Below are positions 54,714-64,000 of a stretch of DNA of 64,000 bases, piece by piece. Source of the stretch: Monocercomonoides exilis PA203 (lineage: Eukaryota; Protista; Preaxostyla); assembly GCA_001643675.2 (NCBI GenBank), contig LSRY02000024.1, positions 682,001 to 746,000 of the forward strand, written 5' to 3'. Both the position numbers and the translations under genes were made by a program. The notes under the pieces were generated by a model that ran no database searches, was not told the DNA's origin, and worked only from the letters and a program-made list of their open reading frames with translations. The first letter of the stretch is position 1, and every line of letters starts with the position of its first letter.

Positions 54714-57700
54714 TTACGGAGAAACAATCGAACGAGGCGACACACGAGCAGCAGAAAACGAGGAACGGGGAGAGAACGTGGGGGTTGCTGATGAAACATC
54801 TGTTGAATGCGACTGTTGTTGTAGTTGCTGCTGCTGTTGCAGTGAAAGATGCTCACTCTGCCTGCGAACAACTGTAGAAGACGAAGTGGTGTGGTCACTA
54901 ACATTTGAGGTTAAACCAGGCGCCATTGCATAACTGCTGCCAGTTATAGAACGAGAAGCTAAAGAATTGGTAGAATTGGAAGAAGAAGAAGAAGAAAGAA
55001 GAATCGATGATTCAACTTCGCTGAGAGGAGGCGGAGGAATCGGAAGAAGTCTGCCGGAGGTGTTTTTCTGTGAAGCAGAACCGAAAGAAGAAGAAGTAGA
55101 AGTAGAAGCAGATTGATGAGCATCAGAGAGGGAAGAAATTGTCAGTGAAGCAGAAGGTGAGTCAGACATAACGAGGGATTGAGAGGGAGACATCGAAGAA
55201 GAAGACGAAGAAGAGAAAGGGGAGATGATGGGTGTTGTGGCTGGAGAGAGATGGGAAAGTGAAGTAGAATTTGAATAAAGCTGGCCGATTGGCTCTTTTG
55301 GAACGAAGAGAGAAGTCTTTGAAGAGAGGGAAGATGTGACAGAGATGGGACGCTCAATGGAAGAAGAAGAAGAAGAGGAGGAGGAGGAAGAAGAAGAAAA
55401 TGATGGGAACATAGCTGGATTGGATGTTGCTACTGAATGAGCTCTGTTCAAAGAACTGGAGATCAGAGGATTGTTATTGGAAGAGGAAGAGGAAGAGGAA
55501 GAAGATGATGGTGAAGTAGAAGACGAGGAGGAGGAGGAAGAAGAAGAAGGGAAAGACGAAGAATATCGACGAAATGCAGCAGAAGAAGAAGAGGAAAGAA
55601 ATTGAGTTTCAGGAAATGGGAGAAGACTTCCAGAAGGAGAAGAGCCAGGAAGAGGAGGAGAAGAGGAGGAGCTGATGGAATAAGCTGGAGAATAAGAAGA
55701 AAAAGGGAAAGAATCGGAACTTAATGGAGATGATAACAAAGAGTTTGAAGAAGAAGAAGAAGAAGATGATGATGATGAAGCAGATTGTTGATTATGAATA
55801 GAATCAACGGGATGTGAAGAAATTGAGGAGGAGGAGGAGGAAGATGTGGAAGAAGAAGTATTCATGGAAGAAGAAGAACGAAAATCCTTCGAAGCCAACT
55901 TATTCAAATCCTCCATCGCCATTTTCGATTCCAATGCCAAAGGCAGTGCATACGACTTCTCTTCTGAAGACATCAGCTTCCTCGTCGCATTCGCATTTCT
56001 CTCTCTGGCACTGGCTGTTCTGTTCGGAGCAGCCACAGTAGACATCTTGTCGAGAGGGTCGAGTGGATCAAGTGGGTCAAGGAGAGGGAGCGCCTGCGAT
56101 AGGAAAGACTGGCCAGAAACAGACGCAGCGATGGATGTGGCTGCAGGGGAGTGGATCTCAAGCAGTGTGGAGCTGGTGGAGAAAGAAGGGGAAGCAGCGG
56201 GTGAGCTGTCTGGAATCAATTTGCGGGGGCTGAGGGTAGGCGAGAAGGAGAGGAAAGACGGAAGCTGAGGTTCTCCCATGGGATGATTGTTCTGATTATC
56301 TGGAGGCATGCTCAATGTGTCTGATGGGAATAGAGGAAGTGTCCCATCGAAGTCGGATTTGAGGCGAGCGGAGTCAGAAAGCTGTCCGGCAGTGAGGTAA
56401 GATGGCATAAACAGTGTGGGGGAGTCCAATCTCGACGAGTAGCTGAGCACATCAGAAACCGCATCGTCGTCGCGCAGCCGCACTGACTGCTCGCGGATGA
56501 CTGAGTCGTAAAAGGCATCATATGCAAATCTTGTGTTGTCTGCCTCACTTCCACTTTTTGTGTGTTCGAGGGGGTAATTAGCAAGGCGGCTCTCAAACTC
56601 GGCAGTGGTGATGGTGACTGAACGGCAGCGCTCGAGATAGCTGTGGCTGATGACATCGGCTGGGGTGGGGCGATGTGCGGATGGCTTGCGGGTGGTAAGG
56701 GATATTGAGGAGGAGGAGGAGGAAGAGGAAGAAGAGGAAGAAGCAGATGAAGATGAAACAGCCTGAGTAGTATCTGGTGCCGCAGAGTTATTATCATTCA
56801 ATGCAGAAGCAGCATCAAACGAAGACAACGTCTTTTCCGGTGACATCAGCGCAAGCTGGGGCAGCCCAAACACTTCCACAGCGCCCAGAAGATCTGGCAC
56901 CCTCTCTCTGTTTGTGTGTCTGTGGTGATACAGCGACAATGTGGAGCCAGCGACAGCTGCAGGCATCAGAGAAGGGGTGAGTGCCTCATCGATCGGAGGG
57001 AGAGGAGCAGAAATCGACGCAATGGCTGCGGCGGGGGGCATTTCGAGCTCAGATTCTGAGGCAGAGACAGAAGCAGAGGCAGATGCAGATCCCTGAGAAG
57101 GAGAGAGAGAAGGAGAGGGAGAAGGAAGAGAAGGAGAAGGAGAAGGGGAAGAAAAAGAAGAAGAGGAAGAAGTTTTGGAGATGGAGGAAGGAGAAGACGG
57201 GGTAGACTTTGTGTGGAGGGATTCTGACGACTGGAAGGAAGAGGAGGACGAGAAACTCGAACTTATGGAATGATGAGGAGGGGCAGGAGAAGGCACAGAA
57301 GAGAGGAAAGGGGTGGGCATGCCATAGGAAGAGAGCTGGGGAGAGCGGCGAGGCTGTGTGGAAGTGACGGCGAGGGAAGGCGAGCGTGTGAGGCTGCTCT
57401 TTTTGGCGCCGTTTTGAGTGGTGAAGGAGAAAGAGCGTGTCAGAGGAGAAGTGTACAGGACGGGTTTTGTGAGAGGAGGGGTGATGGCGATGTGGTGGAA
57501 CTTCTCAACGGGAAAGGAAGGGGAAGAAGAATGGGCGATCAGAGGGAGAGGAGGGGAGGGCACAGGAACGGTTGTCTTTGAAGACCAGAGAGTTGCCATG
57601 CTGCTGCTGTTGCTGCTACTGTTATTGCTATTGCTATTAGTGTTGTTACTGCTGCTGTTACTGCTTCCACTCATTCCATTTGCTCCATAACTTCCAGTGC

Positions 57701-60700
57701 TTATGCTATTATTATTATTACTATTATTGCTATTATTGAACATCTGTGGTGATCCTGTGTTTCTCGACAGGCTTCCAGGGTATGATGGAATAGGAGAATG
57801 CGGAGAAGGCAGGGTGGGGATGAGGAGGGAGTTGAAGGAAGAGGCAGAAGGCGAGTTTGTGGAAGGAGGAGGAGAAGAACGAGGGGAAGAGAGAGAAAGA
57901 GAGGCAGTGTGAACAGAATGACGGCGAGGAGGAGAAGGAAGAGGTTTGAAAGCAGAAGAGGCTGCAAGTTGAGAGGAAGAGCCAGGGAATGGATGGAGGC
58001 CGAGGGGATGGGTAGAGAAGGGAGAAGAAGAGGAAGAGGAAGAGGAAGAGGAAGAATTTGATGTTGAAGAGGAAAATGAAGAAGGATAAGAAGAAGAAGA
58101 AGAAGAAGAATTCGAAGATGAAGCAGAAGAGGCAGAAGAAGCAGAAGCACCTTGTCCTCTAATCATCACCTGCTGTGACACATAGTTATAATTATAAGGC
58201 TCTTCACCCAAATAGCTTCCTTGCTGTTGCAGTCTTTGCTGTTTGGCAACAATTTTGTCAGTTGGCGTTGTGTTGCGAGTGAAATGGGGAAGATACATGG
58301 CAAGCGATGCTCTCCGCTGGCGAGGAGGAGGAGATGGAAGAAGAGTGCTGGACTGATTGGGGTGGCTGTTATTACTGTTACTATTGCTGTTATTACTGTT
58401 GCTTTGATTATTGCTGTGATTATTGCTATGGTTATTCGATAAGTTGGAAGAAGAAGAAGAAGATGATGATGATAACAATGAAGATGAGGAGGAGGAAGAA
58501 GAAGAAGGCAACGAAGAATTAGAAGAGCTAGAATTCCCAATATGTCCCTGATTATTATGAAATGACTGCGGAAACGAGCGAGGCGGAGGAGGAATTGGTG
58601 GAAGAGCATTTGTTCGCATAGGACGGGCAGCTGTTGGATGTTCACAAAGAAGAATGTTTCTCTTTTGAGTGAGAGAAGAGGCATCAGATTGTGTTCGGTT
58701 GCGATGGGAGACAGAACCGAAGGGGAGGAAGGAGAAGAAGGAAGGAGAGGGAGAAGAAGAAGAAGAAGAAGAGGAGGAGGATGAAGAAGAAGTGGAAGAG
58801 TTTGAAGAAGACGATGTAGAAGAAGATATTGAAGATGGGGAAGAAGAAGAGGCAGAAGAAGCAGAAGAAGAAGCAGAAGAAGAAGAAGAAGAAGATAATG
58901 ATGACTGATAAGAATTAACAGAGCCATCGTTCATCAACTCCATTTCTGATTGAGTGAGAGGTGTCTTCAGTTGGATAATCCTTTGTGGAATGAACGATTT
59001 TTGTTGAGAAGGCTGTGAATGATCTGAGTGTTTGGTTGAGTGAAATGAAGGAGAAGAGAGAGAAAGAGAAGGAGATGATGATGATGAGGAAGAAGAAGAA
59101 GAAGAAGAAGTGGAAGAGGAAGGTGATGTTGAAGTGAATGAAGGAGAAGAGGAAGAGGCAGAAGAAGACGATGGCGATGAAGGTGATTGCAAACTCTGAG
59201 ACACAAACGAATTTCCTCCATTATTATTAGCAGCACCATTCGCATTCTCCAATGCTATCTGCTCTTTCTCTGCTTGAAGATGAGGAAGCTGTGAAATTTG
59301 AGAATTATGAGACATTTGAGAACTTTGAGAAATTTGTGATGATTGAGGCTGCTGACATTGTTGTTGTTGTTGTTGTTGTGGTTGTGGTTGTATTGTCTGT
59401 TGAATGTTTTGTGATTGAAGTTGAGATTGGAGCATTTGACTCAGATGAGGAGAAGATGGCTGGAATGAAGTGGAGTTGAATGAATTGAATGAATTGAATG
59501 AATTGTATGAGTTGAAGGGGGTGAAGGGGGTGAAGGAGTTTTGAGGGGAAAAGGAAGAAGAAGAAGAAGAAGAAGAAGAAAAGGGGGAGGAGGAGGAAGG
59601 GGAAAAGGAAGAGGAGGAGGAAGAAGAAGGAGATATAGAAGAAGAAGAAGAAGGTGAAATATTCATTGAAGAAGCAACCGATGCTGCATTGAACGATAAA
59701 GGAGAAAGAGCATTTATTTGATTAATTGAAGAATTATTCGATAAATTCTGCATTTGTGATTGAATTTGTGCCTGTGATTGTGCTTGTGCTAATGAAGACG
59801 ATGCATTCAGTGAATAACCAGCAGCAGCAGAAGAAGCAGAAGAAGCAGAAGAAGAAGGAACAGAAGAAGAAGGAACAGAAGAAGAAGGTTGTCTTTGCAG
59901 TGAAATTGGCATTTGAACAGGAATTTGTATTTGAAATTGCAATTGAGGCTGAATTTGTAATTGTATTTGTGTTTTTAACTGAGCTTGCTTTGTTTGTTTT
60001 GTTTGATTGATCTGTTGAATTTGCTGTTGATTGGCAGGAGAAGAAGAAGAAGATGATGATGAGGGAGAAGAGGAAGAAGGAGAAGAAGGAGAAGAGGCAG
60101 ATGAAGTGAACGAGACAGAAGCAGTAGGCGCTTGAAATGCGAGGGGCTCAAGGCGATTCTCAGAAGAGGAGAAAAATGTGTGTGAGGAGAGGTCAGATGA
60201 AGAAGAGGAAGAGGACGAGGACGAGGAAGAGGAAGGAGAAAAGGAAGGTTGTGTTGAAGTGAAAGAGGGAGAAGTGAATGAGGAGGAAGAGGAAGAGGAG
60301 GAAGAGGAGGAAGAGGAGGAAGAGGAGGAAGAGGAGGAAGAAGGTGACGTTGATAATGAAGAAGGGGATATCAGTGGGGTGTTTGATGGAGAATTTGAAG
60401 AGAAAGAGGAGGAGGAAGAGGAAGAGGAAGAAGAAGAAGAAGAAGAAGAAGAAGGCGATGAAGAAGACAATGAATTTCTCGAAGAAGAAGAAGAAGGAGA
60501 TAAAGTCAAAGAAGGCAGAGGAAGAATTGCATCATCCATTTTATTGGATGTTTGAGAAGGGTTCAAAGAAGGAGAAGAAGGAGAAAGAAAAGCAGGGGGA
60601 AGAAGAGAAGAAGAGAAAAGAGAAGAAGAAGAATAAGAAGAAATGGAAGAAGAAGGGGAAGAAGAAGGGGAAGAAGGCAAATAAAATAGAGAAGAATCAG

Positions 60701-62887
60701 AAAGAAGAGGAGGAGGTGGACACGGAGGAGTGGAGGAGGCAGAGGAAGAGGCAGAAGAAATAGAAGAAGAATTTAATGAAGAAGAAGAAGAAGAAGAAGA
60801 AGAAGAAGATGATGATGATGGAGAGGAAGAAGGTGAACGAGATAAAGAAAGTGAAGAAGTAGAGGAGGAGGAAGGAGAAGGAAATGAAGAAGAAGATGGA
60901 GAAGAGGAAAATGAAGAAGAAGAAGAAGAAGAAGAAGAAGCAAGCAATGATGGAGAAGTATTAGCAAGCCAGTTTTGTGTGATTTGCAAGTTTTGCAGCT
61001 GTTGAAAGTGCTGAAGTTGATATTGGAAGGGGAATTGTGACTGAAATGACTGAAATGTCTGAAATTGCTGTTGGTTTTGCAGTAAGTTTTGTTGGTTTTG
61101 TTGATTTTGCTGTTGAAATTGCTGAATTTGCTGAAGCTGTTGAAGTTGCAATTGATTTTGTTGGTTTTGCTGGTTTTGTTGAAGATTTAGTTGAAGATTT
61201 TGATTATTTTGTTGGTTTTGTTGAAGAAGAAGAAGAGGAGTCGGATTGGAGAGAGAAAGAAGAGGGGAGAAGGGGGTGAAGGTAAAGGCAGGTGTGGATG
61301 ATGATGAAGAAGAAGATGATGAAGGAGAAGAAATGGAAGAAGAAATGGAAGAAGAAAGAGAAGAAGAAGAAGAGGAGGAGGAGGAAGAAGATGATGAAGA
61401 CGAGGAAGATAAAGAGTTTGGTGGAGTTATTGAAGAGAATTGGTCAGAGAAAGAGGATGTGAACATTGAGGGAGAATTGAAAGTGGAAGGGAAGGAAGTA
61501 TCTGATGAGACATCGAGTGGGAAGGAAAGAGAAGGAGGAGTGGTGGAAGAGGAAGAAGAGGAGGAGGAAGAGGAAGAAGAAGGAGAAGAAGAAGAAGGAG
61601 AAGAAGAAGAAGGAGAGGAAGAGGACAAAGATAAAGAGGAAGAGGAAGAAGAAGATGATGATGAATTGGAAGATTGCAAATTGTCAGAAGAAGATGTTGA
61701 AGTGGTAGATGAAGATGGCTGAATGTTATTTGATTCAGAAAAGATAGGAACAGATGAGAGAGAAGTGGTGGGAGGAGCAATATATGATGATGATGAAGGG
61801 GAAGATGAAGAAGAAGCAGAAGATGAAGAAGAAGCAGAAGAAGGGGAAGAAGAAGGAGAGGGGGAGGAAGAAGGAGAAGAGGAAGAAGATTTGTTTTGAG
61901 AAGTGTTTGGAAGATAAACAGAAGCGCCAGTGTTAGAATTAGCTTTCGAATTTGCATTAGGTTTAAAAGAAGAGGAAACAGAAGAAGAAGATGATGCTGA
62001 TGAAGTGGAAGAAGAAGAAGAAGAAGAAGATGGAGAAGAAGTTGCTGAAGAAGAAGAAGAAGAAGAAGAAGATTGAGGAAAATGTGATGTTTTGATTGAG
62101 CGTGGAGGAGAAGAAAGAAGAGGTTGATCAGAAGAAGAAGAGGAAGAAGAGGAAGAAGAAGAGGAAGAAGATGATGAAAGAGAAGAATAAGTGGAATAAG
62201 AAGAAGAAGAAGAAGAAGAAGATGATGATGAAGATGACGATTGAGGTGTATAAATAGCAGATGAATAATATCGAGAATTGGGGGAAGATAAAGGCAATGA
62301 AGAAGAAGAAGAAGAAGAGGAAGAAGAAGAAGATGATAAAGAAGGATTAATAGAAGAATAAGAAGTTATAATTGGATCGGGAAGAAGAGACTGACTGGAA
62401 TAAGAAGAAGATTTTGAAGGAGCATATGAAATATTTGAAGAAGGAGAAGGAGAAGAGGAAGAAGAAGAGGAAGAAGAAGAGGAAGAGGAAGAAGAGGAAG
62501 AAGATGAATAATAAGTTGTTGATGAAGGCAATAAAGAAGAAGAAGAGGAAGAAGAAGAGGAAGAAGAGGGAGTAGCTAATAGAGAAGCATTAGAAGAGGA
62601 GGAGGAGAAAGTGGAAGAGGAAGAAGAGGAAGAGGAAGATTGAGAAGAAATCAGAGAAGATTGAATGGAAGGTGTCTTTTCCATTGGCTGAGCAGCCACT
62701 TTCAGAAGGGCAACAACAGGCACACCACACAGAAGATGCGGTGTCTCATACAACTTGGCAAACATCTCAGCATTCTTTTGGATGGAAAAGAAGGAGGGAA
62801 AAGAGGGGAAAAGAGGGAAAAGAGGGAAAAGAGGGAAAAGAGGGGAAAAGGAGAAAAGGAGAAAAGGAGAAAAATGAAAGGAGAAGG

Positions 62888-62961
<74 letters not shown>

Positions 62962-64000
62962 AATGGAGTATCAAAAATAATGAGAAGAATAATGATATAA
63001 TAACAATTATAAAGAAGTTGCCACAAAACAATAAAAAGTTAAAAAAAAAAAAGAATAAATGAGAATTATCATTCTCACATATTTAAAAGAGTTCTGAAAT
63101 TTTGAACTCAATAATTAACGAATCTATTCATAAAAATACAAATTACATTCTTTTCTTTTCTTTTCTTTTTTCTTTCTTTTTTCTTTCTTTCTTTCTTTTT
63201 TCTTTCTTTTACTCTCCTCTCCCTCTCTCCTTCACACACCTTCTCCCCAGCCCTGTCCCTTGTGAACTCCACTCTCCCGCTGAACGTGCGCTCCCCGCCC
63301 ATCACCGGCACCAGCAGCACCATCGGCGCCTCGTCCTCTTCTTTCAACACACACACACGAATAAACTCTGCTATCCCTTCCTCGCTGAACGGCAGCCTCA
63401 ACGCCTTCTGCACTGCTGCTGAGTGCAGATCCAGGCCTTCGATCTGCGGGCACACAGAATGCGGCTTCTCGCCGGCGCTCCCAAACATCTTTTCATCGGC
63501 CTCTTTCCAATCAAGCAGAACTATCATTGAAAGCGTGCTGGTGTCAGTCATCTTCACACGAAATAATCCTTCTTTGAACATCGCTGGAAACGAATGGCGT
63601 GTCACTGCCTGGGCTTCTTGCTGGGACGTCAGCCGAAGGAACGCACGATGCTCCTCCGGGTGCAGCTCCAGACGTGTCAGATTAAATCCAATGCTATTTT
63701 TAATTCCCCATTGAAATTCATTTTTTTAATAAAAATATTCAAAATAAATGAAAATGAAATGTTTTTATTGAAACGCAAACGCTTGAAAATGTTCTCGTAT
63801 TTGCTGTTCTGTAATGTTCGGATCAAGATTGTGCATAACTGCATATTTGTTTTGAATTGGTCTGTTTATATATATTGTTGTTCCTTTATAATTCTTCAAA
63901 AAAATTACTTTGATGGCATTCTAAAAAGAAATCATACAATCGTCTTTTTCCCACAAGCTGCAATAGCGTCTTCAACATTTTGCAGAGTGACAAATCCTGT
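54714..64000 (-). CDS. Multi-RRM RNA-binding protein with very long Ser/Pro/Gln/Asn low-complexity tail (5' end outside window)
   Basis: Spliced translation TGFVTLQNVEDAIAACGKKTI|NYKGTTIYINRP (RNP1 and end of an RRM), then YAVMHNLDPNITEQQIREHFQA|IGFNLTRLELHPEEHRAFLRLTSQQEAQAV (full RRM), then a third degenerate RRM (FSGRVEF...K|NAEMFAKL). Three in-frame GT-AG introns. Last exon 62774-54714. Confidence 0.85.
62794..62960. repeat. Compound repeat in intron 62775-63239: (GAGGGAAAA)n, poly-A, (AG)n
   Basis: Visible tandem 9-mers, A-run and dinucleotide run. Forms a long polypyrimidine tract on the transcribed (-) strand. Confidence 0.9.

Noticed and set aside
58669-61722. Poly-Glu/Lys ORFs on the + strand (e.g. 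58669..58908, 60178..60555, 61246..61722)
   Set aside because: Antisense shadows of TCT/TCC poly-Ser codons in the minus-strand RRM gene.
62775-63026. N-terminal 84 aa of the 2770-aa ORF (poly-Phe, hydrophobic)
   Set aside because: Translated intron repeats. The real exon starts at the AG acceptor at 62774.
1-64000. tRNA, rRNA or snRNA genes
   Set aside because: No cloverleaf with T-loop GTTCRA context and no rRNA-like segment was recognised by eye. A covariance-model scan would be needed to exclude them.

Overview
This window is gene-dense, intron-containing eukaryotic DNA in the standard genetic code, with AT-rich spacers and poly-Ser-rich coding bodies. The gene families and style suggest a flagellated metamonad protist, most like the oxymonad Monocercomonoides (inference). 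I reconstructed 12 protein-coding genes by hand from GT-AG junctions. Four are hypotheticals (one ARM-like, one ending in a CaaX box). The others are a divergent CYFIP/Sra1 (WAVE complex) homolog with an unusual Pro/acidic repeat tail, a HAD-IIA phosphatase, a ~2800-aa surface receptor with a degenerate TKL pseudokinase, a kinase-less 993-aa paralog of that receptor, a purine-rich orphan ORF, SPEF2/CPC1, ODA-DC2 (ODAD1/CCDC114), and a 5'-truncated multi-RRM protein with a ~2650-aa Ser-rich tail. Two AT-rich islands (19.9-22.3 kb and 51.5-54.2 kb) hold a shared MITE-like family with GGGTGATT termini, a 578-bp inverted duplication, a perfect 34-bp-stem hairpin and a DD35D pogo/Fot1-type transposase pseudogene. 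The best candidates for new biology are the CYFIP with a helix spacer and ~10 Pro/acidic repeats, the receptor-pseudokinase/decoy pair with a strand-skewed ectodomain, the +4U splice-donor consensus (predicting METTL16 loss), and the RRM plus giant low-complexity protein. No tRNA, rRNA or CRISPR array was recognised. All homology calls come from motif recall, not database searches.
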